64,000 nucleotides of DNA from Chlorokybus atmophyticus (lineage: Eukaryota > Plantae > Mesostigma and Chlorokybus algae), in contig RHPI01001202.1 in assembly GCA_009103225.1 (NCBI GenBank), positions 119,206 through 183,205 on the forward strand, written 5' to 3'. The position numbers and the translations under genes are program-made. This document shows, piece after piece, positions 25,343 through 37,444 of this stretch. The number at the start of each line of letters is the position of its first letter. Within the stretch, counting starts at the first letter, position 1. The notes under the pieces were generated by a model. The model did not search any database and was not told the origin of the DNA. It saw nothing but the letters and a program-made list of their open reading frames with translations.

Positions 25343-27176
25343 TCACACTTTAAGCGCCTCCACGCTGACACCCGACCCAACAACCTTCCCCGTGCCGCCA
25401 TCAATCTTGGTCGGCAGCTGCGGGACAGAATTGTAGATGGGAAGCGCCACAGACTCCTGTGAAGAGGAGATATTGTTATGTTGATACCAAGTCTCATCGT
25501 AACAACATTGCAATCAATGAGCTTCAACAAGAGGGACAGCTGAGTATTAGGCAAACGGTGATGATTCTCTAACACTTACTGCGGTTTTGAGGTGCAGAGC
25601 CTGGATGTTGGACCACCCCTTGGACACGATGCCCGCGACGCCCTGAGACGCAGCCAGCACGTTGTCCGCGATCTCACGCGCGCTCTGAGATGTCTTGCCG
25701 ACCCTTATAACACTGCAGCGCCACACGGGGTTACGAATACAATACACCGCGTGCACGCGCATACACATCCTTGTGGATGTGCACACACACACTTCAGTCA
25801 ACTCCTCACCTGCACGCTCCCCCGCTGATGAACAGGTACGTCGCGTCGCACGCTTGTCGAATTGGAGTTTTCCAGTTGGCTCCTTGCAAATGCACCGGTA
25901 TAGGCTGTCTGAAAGGGATAGAAAGCAACAACTCCAATCCATCAGCTGTTCACATACACACCGGGAGAACACAATCAACAGTACCTCTTTTTCCTGAAGA
26001 AGGTCTTGCCTAACAACTTCGGCAGCACGGGCAGTATCCTTTCGTCGGCAAGGAACAGATCGTACCTGTGTGTCGAACAAACACAGCTGTCAAACAGAGA
26101 AGTGCACTCTTCGCCGATGAGCGAAGATTACATGTGTGTGTAAGTGCACGCGTGCATGTCATTGCGTGTGCGCGTGCGCGCGTGCGTGTGTGAGTGCGTG
26201 TGTGTCACATTGCATTCTTAGCTTCACTTACGAGTCACACAGTCTCCTCTTTGCTTCATGAGGCTTAAACTTGCTCTTCAACTTTGACACGCCCAAAACC
26301 TGTCAACAACACCAACACCGCCTCACTTCCCACGCACCCAAGCACTTACACCTAATGTCAACCAGTCGCAATGACATCGTCATTCACACACACCTTAGCC
26401 ACGCCCGTGCCTTCGGTCTGTCTGATCTTCAGCTTCGCCTCTTTGTGCCCCTCACCGGCCTTGTCTTTGACGAACAGGCACACTTCCGAGGAGTCGATGG
26501 GGTAGATGCTGTGAGGGATGGGTCTGCATGCACACACATTGCAAAGTCGTCAACAGTGCACCAACAGTGCATTCTGTGAATAACACTGAGCCCATTACTG
26601 CTATTGCATGCAAGTGCGACGCACATTCGGTACGGCTTTGTCCTCGGTGCTTCTGGCGTTCGTTTTAAAGCCACAACCTGCGTGCAAACCGAGAAAGCCA
26701 TCAGGCATTGCGAGCATGATATGCTTGCGTATACATACTAGGACTATTTGTTGAACAGTTACCAAGGCAGAGTGGTAGTGCATGTATACTACAGATATGC
26801 AAAGTGCGAGCAGAATGTGTCATTGGCAGCGACAGATAAGTGGCGAGACATGCAGCGTTGGAACGCTTGTTGAAGTGGACAGCAAACAAGCAAATACGAT
26901 CCCAGCAAAGCGAGTAATAGACACTGTGAACACGACAACAAGAAACAACAAGGTAGCATGAGAGTTCAAACAAAACAACATCAACACACACGCAGGGCTC
27001 ACCAAGTAGAGGAATTCGTCCTGCTCTATCAGCTGAGGCTTCCCCTTCCTCTTCTCGTTCTGAGCGTGCTTTAGCAGCGCCTCCACCGCCCTACAAACCT
27101 GATCCTCTGAAAGCCTGCTCGCCGCAGGGGCGGCGGCGGCAGGCTTAGTGGCTGTACTGGTGGCCATCGCCACCAT
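25343..27176 (-). CDS. RSL1D1: Ribosomal L1 domain-containing nucleolar protein (RSL1D1/Cic1-like)
   Basis: Motifs QVCRAVEALLKH, PIPHSIY..EVCLFVKD, VSKLKSKFKPHEAKRRLCDSYDLFLADERILPVLPKLLGKTFFRKKR, EIADNVLAA and KGWSNIQALHLKT..SVALPIY. Confidence 0.92.
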
Positions 27177-27660
27177 GCCCAGCAAAGCGTCCACTATCAG
27201 CTCCAACACAGGCAAAAGTGAGCTCGCAAGCCTCAATCTCAAACAAACCCACTGCCACCACCTTCACTACGACCACCGCCACCACCAACCACAACACCGC
27301 CGCCGCCGACACCGCCGCCGCCGCCGACTCTCTCTCGCTCAGCAGTGCATGAAAGAAGCAGTTCTTGAGTGAATCAATCAATCAATCAATTAGTTCACAG
27401 CCAGTTCTGCCTTTGATTCACTGCCTGGCACTGGTAGTCGCTCTGTGCGAGGCTCGGGCGGCGGCGACCTTGGCGGCGTCAGCGTGGGTGTTGGCGTGGG
27501 AGGCGGTCTGTGCAGGCTTTGTAGTGACAGGAGGTTGGCACAGCAAGGGAGCCATTGCCTGTGCGATGAGACGAGGAGTGACAATTTGGGCAGGCATGTG
27601 AGGCGGGGCGGCAGGGTAGCGGCTGTGGGTTGAGGTGTGGGCGTAGGGATGGGCGGGGGC

Positions 27661-28891
27661 ATGAAGGAGCTTGTCGGGAAGGTGGTCTCCAACCGCATGC
27701 AGAAGAGCATCGTCGTCGCGGTGGATCGCTATAGCCGACACCCACGCCTCAAGAAGGTCTACAGGTCAGTGCTGGATCCATTGACGGGAGAAGCATGACC
27801 AAGCAAGGGAATTAGGAAAATTTGAAACATAGAAGAACGCATGCAACAAGTGAATCCAACAAAGTAAGTTAAATCATGTGGACGGTGAGTGATAGCACTG
27901 TTTAGGAGGTCATCTGTCATGCTCAGTTTTATGCAGTTATGTTTCAGCAGCAGCGTACCTGCTGTGCTCAAACTCTAGTAGCACGAGATAGAATATTGTA
28001 TAAACACATAAGAGAATCCTAACTGTCATTCTGCATGGTGCTCTGGCCCTAAGCATCAAGTAGATTGATGGGCACGCACTGTCATGCACACGCACGCCTC
28101 GGGGTCAAAAACTGTTTCTTAAACAATGCCCGTTGCCGCTCTAATCTTGTTGGGGTCAGCCAAGCCCTGTGCGCAGTGGTCAGTGCGGTTGGGGCAGGTC
28201 AGGGTAGTTCTGTTCTAGAGACAGCATTGGTGTGGTTCATTCATGCTGGCCCTGTGAGGAAAAGCACTGACTAGCACTCACTGAGCAGTATCAGTCCCAG
28301 CCTACGCGGTGAGCCTGTACAACAGTACTGACTCGGTATTGACTTGCTAAGATGCTCTTGGCTTCTTTTGAACAAACCCAAACATGCTCAGCGAGTGACT
28401 ACTGTCATAGTAAGCAGGAAACGTATCAAGCAAAATGAACACACATTTGACCTGGTCAACAAAACGAACTCGCAGTACAACTATGCTATTGATGAAGCAT
28501 CGAACTCGTGCGCTTTGCTAGTGCAAAATACTCAAAACAAGCGTGACCATAACGAACCCTTTTCAAAGGCTTAGGCACTTCAGGAGTGAGTTTCTGAGGA
28601 AGAGAAACTCACTCATCACTGTTGCTCATACCCCCCTTTTCCCTCCTCGCCGTCCCCAGGTGGACTAAGAAGTTCATGGCCCACGACGAGCACGACTCCT
28701 GCAACTCGGGCGACCTGGTCCGCATCGCGTCGTCGCGGCCGCTTTCCAAAAACAAGCACTGGACGCTGGCAGAGGTGCTGAGGAGGGAACCGGTGTTCGA
28801 GACGCCAAAGGAGAGAGCCAGCAAGGAAGCGGCGGCGGTGGCGGCCGCAGCTGCAGCCACGGGCACAGCCACACGAGCGGAAGGGGCGTGA
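27661..28891 (+). CDS. RPS17: Mitochondrial-type ribosomal protein uS17 (exons 27661-27764, 28660-28891)
   Basis: [32 protein letters not shown]|[34 protein letters not shown], with a phase-2 GT-AG intron and no presequence. Confidence 0.93.
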
Positions 28892-29386
28892 GGGCGATGG
28901 ATACTGTTGGGAGGAAAGCACAGCGAACAAAAGAAGCTATCGGCTGTGCGTTGCTCGCATGGCGTGCATGTGAATTGGCAGTGAACACAACATTCGCGTG
29001 CACGCGCAGATGGGTGCTGTCTGTAGTGCACAACACGTACAGTACTGTGTAGTGTAGTGTCATACGGCGATAATGGGCTAGGGCTAAGTGCAGGTGCTGC
29101 TGCTTGCCATAGCAAGTCTCCTGTTGGCACTCAGTAACAACTGGTTGGACGCTTGCAGCCTTTGCTGCGCGTACGACATCATGTCCTGCGGGGCGCACCC
29201 CTCTATCATTGCACAAATACCCGATGACAACATGCGCGTGGCCTGATGGTCACGACGACAAATCAGATGCTTCAGGTGTGTCTATGTGGTAGTGTGCATC
29301 CCGCTGTTGCCTAGTAGAAGCCACACTGGCTTGCACACGACCCTCTCAACTGAGTAGTGTCTGCTTTGTATCAAACAGGGAGCGGG

Positions 29387-29409
29387 CTCTCTCTCTCTCT
29401 CTCTCTCTC
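29387..29409. repeat. (CT)n microsatellite
   Basis: Direct reading. Confidence 0.95.
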
Positions 29410-29615
29410 CTTCTCACTCTCTCTCCCGTGTGGACAGGTGACTGATTGATAATATGCATGCCGGTGACTATCGGGGTAGGGAGTTGGCGTGTTAGGCAGA
29501 GTTAGGAACAGCCCGGTGGTGAGTTAGTGGTAGGAAGTGTTGGCATGAGGCTGCATTTGCTGTGTGCTTGATGCTATAGCATGCCATTGCGTGTGCTTGA
29601 CACCATTGCATGCTA

Positions 29616-29616
<1 letters not shown>

Positions 29617-29687
<71 letters not shown>
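29617..29687. repeat. (CA)n microsatellite, about 35 units
   Basis: Direct reading. Confidence 0.98.
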
Positions 29688-29688
<1 letters not shown>

Positions 29689-30092
29689 GCGTAGTTCCCC
29701 CACTAGACCCTCACAACCACAGCATCATATACAGCACCAGCAAAAGTGCATGTCCGCTCTAACTCTCCCTACCCGGGAGCTGAATCCCCTGCGGTCTTAG
29801 AATGCCTTCCAGGTCCTTTGCGCGCGGCGTCGGACAGCGCGGTGATGCCGTCCACTCTGCCAGAAGCAGGCACGCGCGGCTGAACCTTCATGCCGCACGT
29901 CTGGTCCATCGCGCTGGCGCCAGGTGGTGGCCCGCGGCGCTATGGCTCTCTCTTGTAAGAGAAGAACACCGCGCTGCTGCCCTTGATAGCAGCGGTGGTG
30001 TTCTGATCTTGGCCGCGGCCAGGGACTCGCGCGAGACGATCATTGTGGTGGTGTCGTCGGACGCACAGGGACTGATGCTGCACGGGTGGCCG

Positions 30093-30560
30093 TCACCACG
30101 AGGTCTCGTACTGGCTGCAGTACTTGGAGGTCTTGCGCAGCCAGTCTGCAAAGAACCGCAATCTCCTGTCCCCCGGGAAGAAGGCCTTCAGCGCAGCGGA
30201 CACTTGCAGGGCGTCGTCTCTTGTGGACATGTAACTCAACTCAGTCCTTGAGACATTGCGGGAAGGGCACTCCCGTCTTCTGCTCCACCAACCGGTGGTA
30301 CCTCGAGTTGTGGAACCTGTCGTCGAGCCTGACGCCGCCCATGAAGAAGAATTTGAGCTCGTGCATCTTGCAATCTTCGTTGTAATTGTAGAATAGATGC
30401 GGGATGTCATCCTCGACGTATTTGGCCATGTACATGCTTTCCACGAGCCTTCCGTCTACTTCTTCCTCTCCGTCTCCTCCTTCAAGTTGCGTAATGATGT
30501 CCTCCACCTGAGATTGCTCGAAGTCGACCAGCGCGTAAACGTCCAGTACGCTCGAATCAG
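30093..30560 (-). CDS. Orphan protein-coding segment, split by a +1 frameshift or a 55-nt intron near 30243
   Basis: Strongly GC3-biased, protein-like reading VLDVYALVDFEQSQVEDII..DDIPHLFYNY..LKFFFMGGVRLDDRFHNSRYHRLVEQKTGVPFPQCLKD*. It continues in the +1 frame as ELSYMSTRDDALQVSAALKAFFPGDRRLRFFADWLRKTSKYCSQYETSW*. The family is not recognised. Confidence 0.55.
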
Positions 30561-31281
30561 GTGCAGATCTTGGACACTCTCGACGCACTCGACCTCCAGC
30601 CAACTACAACCACTGCTCAATGCCGTTCTGTGCAACAGGTCTTTGTTTCAGTTCAGCGCATGAGCGCCAACGCAAAATACATCTACAAAACGTATGCAAT
30701 GCAGCAAGATGCAAACCACGCTGGAAACCATGGGCTTCTTCATTGTCGCTCTTGTGCTGTGTCTACAGTGATATGGAAATGCAGCCGCTTCCCGCGCCTA
30801 CCGGGTGGGGCACAGGCAGAGAAGGAGGATAGAGAACAGGGAGGAGCCTATCGTTCCACCTGTCCACCAGTCCAACCCGATGGCAGCGTGGCATCTACAT
30901 AGGCTGCGCTCTCTTCAGCAGCATGCATCAACAGCAGCCCCAACCGGATAGTTGTGACTGCTAGCCCTGCGGTTGCAGCCGCAAACCGCAACTCCTATAT
31001 GTGAACGCGACGTTGCCGCCGCCGCCGCCGCCGCTGCCGGCACGCTTGCTCACACCACCGTACGCCCACACGGCTGCCCTGCTGCAGCAGAAAGCACAGA
31101 CGGCGGCGGCGGTTGTGCTATTGACGGGGGGGGGGACGACTACACCAACGACAACGTGCAGCTAGCTCCCAAGCTAAGCTGGCTTGCTGCGGACTGCTAC
31201 TGCCGTCGCTGTCGCTGTCCTCGTGGTCGTCGTAGCGGTGGCCGTCGTCGCCAGCTGCCGGGGTGGTGGGCAGGGGGCAGC

Positions 31282-33217
31282 ATGGCCATCTGCGTCGAGT
31301 GCGGCAGCGCTGTGAGCGACCTGTACAAGGACTACTCGCAGCACGGAAGCGCCAGTGCAGCCGGCGCGGGTGCAGCAGCAGCAGGAGGAGGAGGAGGAGG
31401 AGGAGGAGGAGGGAACATCCGACTCACGCGATGCGTAAGAGTGTGCGCATGTGAGTTTGTGATTGTGAAAAGGAAGTTTTACGTGGGGTTCGACTCGTTG
31501 CATTGGGCAGGCGTATTGCCACCGCTATGCCGACAAGTACGTGGAGTACGAGCCCATGGTAAGGGCTTTCGACGTTCACACTCTTCAGTGCATTGGCTTT
31601 ATGGTAGCGGCAAGAAGCGCTGCTTACTTACATAACTGCATTGCATGTCTCTTACCCGTGCCCCCGGCCGCTTAACCTTTGCCTGCTCTTAGCTGATAGC
31701 CATCGATCTCATCCTGCACAAGCCGCAAGCGTACCGACACGTGCTCTTCAACTCTACGCGCTGCAATGGTGGATCCGCAATCGAAGTGAGTGGCAAGCAT
31801 AGTTGTGTGCGCATGACCGCATGCGCGCGTGCATGTGTGAGCGAGAGAGAGAGAGTGTGTGTGCGTGCGTGCGCTTGCATGCGTGCGTGCGCGTGCGTGC
31901 GTGTGCGTAGGTGGATGTGCGTACGCGTGTGTTTGTGATGACAATCTGCATGCATGCACACTTGCTGATAATGTGGACACCTGTTATGTGTGCAGTGGAG
32001 GCTATGGTGGCTGGGCGCGTTCTACGTTATCGTTGATGGTTATATCCAACTTGATTGCCATGCACGTTGATCGCAATGCCTTGCAGTATAAAGCAGGAAG
32101 TTGACCAACAGGTTGGTTTGCGTGCTCCTCCTTGACTGTTTGCATGCATACAAGCCTTCAACTCAGTCGCGCCAACAAGTCGCGGGAGATCAACTGGGAT
32201 GATGAGTCCACGCACCTGTACCATTACATTCAAGTAAGCAAGATACGCACGCACGCACGTATGCACACTTGCACGCGTGCATATGCGCATGCACAATCAC
32301 AGGTGCACACGCGCATGCAAGAGTACGCTAGCACACGCACACACACACACACACACACGTGCGCGTAGACACACACACGTGCGCAGGCACATGCGCATGT
32401 ATATGCACATGCACAAACACAAGCGCAGGCACACGCGCCTATTCTGCTTGCGCGCAAGTTCTACACATAATCTCTGACATGCTGGCGTGCTTTTGTGTGC
32501 GCAGCATTTTGCAACAGCGCTATGCGAGTGGGCCCTGTTCATCGCGAGCATCCTGATGCAAGGGCGCCTCTTCAAACTGAACAGCGGACAAGCAGCGTAC
32601 GGGTTGATGCATAACATGCAATTATGCTCCTACCAGTTGTTGCTGTAATATATCTCACAATTCTCTACATCATCATCACAATTGTTATTGTTGTCTTTTG
32701 CTTCAGTTTGCCCGGGGTGGCGAGCGCCCTGCTAACGTCTTCCTTCTTCAAGTTTCTGTTCCCGTTGATGGCAGTAAGCTTGTCTTTGTCATGTTGTGTG
32801 ACGTAATGTCACATGTGTGCGATCAGTGTCAATACGATTGGGTCGCACCCAGCAAGCAGCAACAGCTGGACCAAAAAACTGCAATCCAACATGATGATTA
32901 CCATCAGCGCCGTTGTTGCCCGCAGATTTGGGACTTTGAGGAAGGCACGGAGCTGGTCGTCAACGCGCTGGTGCTCACATCCAACGTGGTGGCCGTCAAA
33001 GGTGACTACATATTGTTGTTGTTAATTATCCTTGTTGTTGATTGTCACTACTATCCCTCACACATCATGTGTGTTTGTTGTGCCTCGTGTCCGAGAAACA
33101 GTTTTCCTGCACGCGTCCACGACGCTTGCAGTGGCGATGGTCGGGTCGGCCGCTTTAATGAGATTGTCGGTGCGACCGTTGATGCACATGCTGCTACTCG
33201 CTTTGAGTACAAAATGA
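31282..33217 (+). CDS. ARV1: ARV1 sterol/lipid homeostasis protein
   Basis: The ARV1 homology domain reads MAICVECG..LYKDYS..NIRLTRC|AYC.RYADKYVEYE..|LIAIDLILHKPQAYRHVLFN. It is followed by hydrophobic exons such as ALLTSSFFKFL and IWDF..LVLTSNVVAVK. Confidence 0.92.
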
Positions 33218-33822
33218 GCGTGTACAATAATGACAGTGTTGTTGAGGCAGTGTGTGACGAATGCGTACATGTCGCTGTTGGTGGATTGCATGGTAACGCA
33301 TCACGCAAGCCTTTTTGTAGTGAAACAACACATACAGACTTTGCGCGCACACACAGCGCCAACACACATCTCACAAGGGAGAGGTCATTTCATCGTGCGC
33401 TGCACAATGTGACGAAGGTTTCTCAAAGCGAGGGTTGTGTTGCTTTCAAGTGCACTCAGGTTGCAGGAGATGTCGTGTACGCAGCACATAGCGCTTGGGT
33501 TTGTGGGTTTCGAGCAGTCACATGTGGTGAGCAGTCACACAGTATTCACATTATACACACGTAGTGGCTGAGTGGCATTCTGCACCCCTCCAACCGCCCA
33601 GTCTGTCTATACATATTCATATTCACTACTACTACTACGTGCCATGCTAGGCACATCCGGCAGTTGCTCGCCTCAATGCCCAACGCAGGCACCACATGAC
33701 AAAAGGACAACACAACATCAACCGCGCGTACACGCACGCACAAAGTCTCACAACCGTACAACCAACGAATGAAGATATCGCCAAATCCAACATCTTTACT
33801 GGCTTTGTCGACATCTTCACTC

Positions 33823-36800
33823 TCACGCGGTTGCAGATGGTTGCTGTTGCTGTTGTTGTTGTTCGGTCTTGGGACTCTTTGCCTTGCTGCTCCCAACGAT
33901 CATGTGTTTGAGGACGCCCATGGCGATGTCGGGACGGAAGATTGCCGTCGGTGGGTCGATCATGTGCATCATGCGGTTGAGCACACGGGTGTACTGCCCA
34001 AGAAGGAGTGTGTGAGTGGGAATGGTGAGTGGTGAGTGGTAACATACATGCGACAAGGGCGGTTTTCTTACCTCTGGTTCGTGTTTGCACTTGTCCATGA
34101 GAGCGAGGAAGTACTTGTTCATCAGTCGCATGGACAGCGGCACGCCCGACCCGCCCGTCGTCATCGGGTAGCGCAGGTCCTCGCCCGTCGAAAGAGCCCA
34201 GGGCAACTCCTACGATGGTTGTTGTTGCATTGCGGCGCGCGCATGGATGACAAAACCACATGCATGCGCAGTAACCCACATACGCGCGCATGCACGCAAG
34301 TGTGCTGGTGTGGGTATGGGTGTGGGTACGCATGCGTGTGATTGCATGCATGCGCGCACGCACAGCACGCAGTACACACACGCCCACACACGCACAAGCG
34401 CACACGCACACACACGTCACACCCACCTGCAGCTTCCCTAGTCTCTTCTGGAACTTGAGCGAGAACCCCTCCAGGTGCTCCGCACCTTTCGCATCGTCCC
34501 TCTTAACTTTCGTTAGCATGTCCGCCAGCAGCTGCGCCGACAGCACCCCCACCGTCATCCCTTGCCCGTAGACCGGGTTGAAGCTGCACGCCGCATCACC
34601 CATCACAACCAACCTGGAGACACACACACACAACAACACGTGAGACAGCGGTTCACAACATCCCCCAACATGTGTCTGATAGTAGTAGTAGTAGTTGTGA
34701 TAGCAGTGAGACGACACTACTACTGCTACTGCTGCTTTTACTCATAACAGAAGTAATAATGGTAGTAATAGCAACATGAATGATGACACTACTACCAGTC
34801 GTAGTCATAGTCGTAGTCGTAGTGTCATCACTACTAATATAAAACGACTACTACTACTGCTACTACTGCCAAGGATGACAGTGATGATGTTAGTAGTAGC
34901 AGTGGAACGCAACCAACACTGTTGATAACGTAACCGTACTCCCTCCCGTTACCCGTCCGGCATGCGCGTTAGGTTGCCATACAACCGCCGGTAGTTTTCG
35001 GTCCGTTTGTATTCCAGGATCGGTCCGGCGGGCGTGGCGCTCTTGGTGATGAAGTCGGCGAGGGCGGGGGAGGGGAGGGAGGCGGCCCAGGACTCCCAGG
35101 CGGGGGGGGAGGTGGGTGGGTGGTCCTTGGAGTAGCCGAAGAGNNNNNNNNNNNNNNNNNNNNNNNNNNNNNNNNNNNNNNNNNNNNNNNNNNNNNNNNN
35201 NNNNNNNNNNNNNNNNNNNNNNNNNNNNNNNNNNNNNNNNNNNNNNNNNNNNNNNNNNNNNNNNNNNNNNNNNNNNNNNNNNNNNNNNNNNNNNNNNNNN
35301 NNNNNNNNNNNNNNNNNNNNNNNNNNNNNNNNNNNNNNNNNNNNNNNNNNNNNNNNNNNNNNNNNNNNNNNNNNNNNNNNNNNNNNNNNNNNNNNNNNNN
35401 NNNNNNNNNNNNNNNNNNNNNNNNNNNNNNNNNNNNNNNNNNNNNNNNNNNNNNNNNNNNNNNNNNNNNNNNNNNNNNNNNNNNNNNNNAGGGGGAAGGG
35501 GGGGAGAGTGTTGGAGTTGTTGGGGTGTGCAATGCACTGGTTGTGAGACGTTGCAAGGGTGGTTGATACGACACGCATGCATACAAACGCGCGCGCGTGC
35601 CTGTGCGTGCGTGCTTGCGCTTGTACACAGACCGACAAACGCTTGCACTCGCACGCTGTGGCCAAGCACGCTGCCAATTGCTCAACATGCACTCAGACAC
35701 TCGCGTTCACACGCACGCACGCACGCACGCGCCCATACCTGCACTTGGTTATTCTCGATGGGGAATACGGCGCCGATGCGCTTGCCTTCCGGCGGTACCC
35801 CGCGCACCATCATGATCTTCCAGTCCTTGCCGAAGTCAGGAGGGACGTCGTAGAGGCGAGTGGAGTAGCCAATGTAGGAGTTGATGACTTTCTGCGGGGA
35901 GATCAATGGGTTAACAGTGTGTTGACCAAACACACGCAAAAACACACACAGTAACGCGACAAAAAGCCACTGATGCATGTCGACACAACAACAACAGCAG
36001 CATGTTACGGAGCCCTCACCTCCTCCGGCTTGTCATAGCCGTGCTCTTCCAGCCACTTTGGCACCTGCTCGCACGCGCAATGACACAAGCAACCACATGA
36101 GCCACCCACGCACCCACCTTGCGACGATCCGGACACTGTTTCGACGCTGTCTCTACCTGAGAGCGTCGGCCTCCGGCATCCACGAGCATGTCCACGCTGA
36201 CATCCTCCCCGTTGGCCGTCTCTTCCGCACCGGCGTCCTTCAGGTGGACGCCCTCCACGCGGCCCTTCTTATTGTCCATCAGGAGACTAGACACCTCCGT
36301 GCGGTCTGCGGGTAGGTGGGTGACAGTTGGAGTGTGTGTTGACAATACTTACCACATTCGCATGGGTGTGTTTGCATGCATAGACACGCACGCACGCACG
36401 CACGCACGCGCTTTTGCGCGTGCGAGCGCATGTGTGCGTGTGTGCGCGGCATGTGCCCATATGTGTGTGTGTGTGTGTGCGCAAGCGCGCGTGCACGTGT
36501 GTATCTGTACGTGCGTGCACATACCTCTGAACCGTATCTTATCCCCAAAGTTCGCGATTAGCGTCTCCCTCGTGACCTTCTCCAGCATCGGTCTCGAGCA
36601 CGACCACCCCTGCAGCTCCTCGTCCCTCGGCACCCGGCAGTACCACTCCCCGTGGTTGAACATGCGCAGGTCGGCCGAGTAGTTGACGCTCACCGCCCCG
36701 GCGAGGCGGAGACGCGCGTCGAGGCCGGGGTAGAAGGACGCCATGGCGCGCAGACCCTTGACCAGAAGAACTGTGGGGAGTGAGAGAGTGAGGGTGAAGA

Positions 36801-37444
36801 GGGGTGAATCCGTGGGGAGGGAGGAGGCATTCAATGGTGTGAGTCATTGAAGCAGTCACTTACTGTGGGGTTGGCGGGATTGGGGGACGCCCTGTTGGGA
36901 CGGTGTGGTTGGTGTTAGGAGAAAAGAGAGATACCATACCATCTTATCAACTCCTGTCTCTCTTACCTTTCGGGGGGTTGCTTTGGCGTTGTGCGCATTG
37001 TCGTTGAGTCCCGTCCCGGCGTTGACGGCGTCCCGCTCCACGATGGTGACGCGGTCGAAGTGGTCGGAAAGTGCGCGGGCGGCGGCCATGCCGGCCATAC
37101 CTGGGATGGGACAGGAAAGGACAGTGCCACACACAATGACAACAACAAAGATAACAATGACAATGACAACAACATCGTGCATGCAAGCATTGAGAGGGTG
37201 AACGTGTGAGAGTTTGGGAGTGCGAAGTCTGAGTCTTGCCTGCGCCTACGACGACGGCGTGGCTGCCGCTGCCTGTGCCTGTGGTGAAGCCTCTGGTGCT
37301 GCTGCTGCCGCCACCGGTGTTGAGCCACGGCGACGATGACAAGGAGGAGGTTGACAGCGACGTCCATGAGGCTGGCGACACTGCCGACAATGCTGCTGCT
37401 GCTGGGCAGCGCAGCAGCAGCCCCATGTGCGCGGCCTTCCTCAT
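33823..37444 (-). CDS. FAD-dependent monooxygenase, LasC/MonCI-like (bacterial-type) family, with N-terminal transit-like peptide; one exon start is hidden in the N gap
   Basis: Motifs HAVVVGAGMAGMAAARALSDHFDRVTIVERD, RKGVPQSRQPH, MLVDAGGRRS, GYSTRLY, GDAACSFNPVYGQGMTVG and PWALSTGEDLRYP. Confidence 0.88.
35144..35489. other. Assembly gap (346 N) within the monooxygenase gene, flanked by G-rich tracts
   Basis: Run of n. Confidence 1.

Noticed and set aside
31340-31415. (GGA)n poly-Gly insertion between ARV1 Cys pairs
   Set aside because: In-frame loop expansion typical of GC-rich first exons; the Cys ligands are retained.
31484-31500. ggggttcgactcg, tRNA T-loop-like
   Set aside because: No stem; it lies in ARV1 intron 1.
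33647-34717. 356-aa ORF in the track
   Set aside because: Read-through across introns of the LasC-like gene; the VCVC/THTH stretches come from microsatellites.
34890-35954. Long ORFs spanning X runs
   Set aside because: Artefacts of the 346-N gap.
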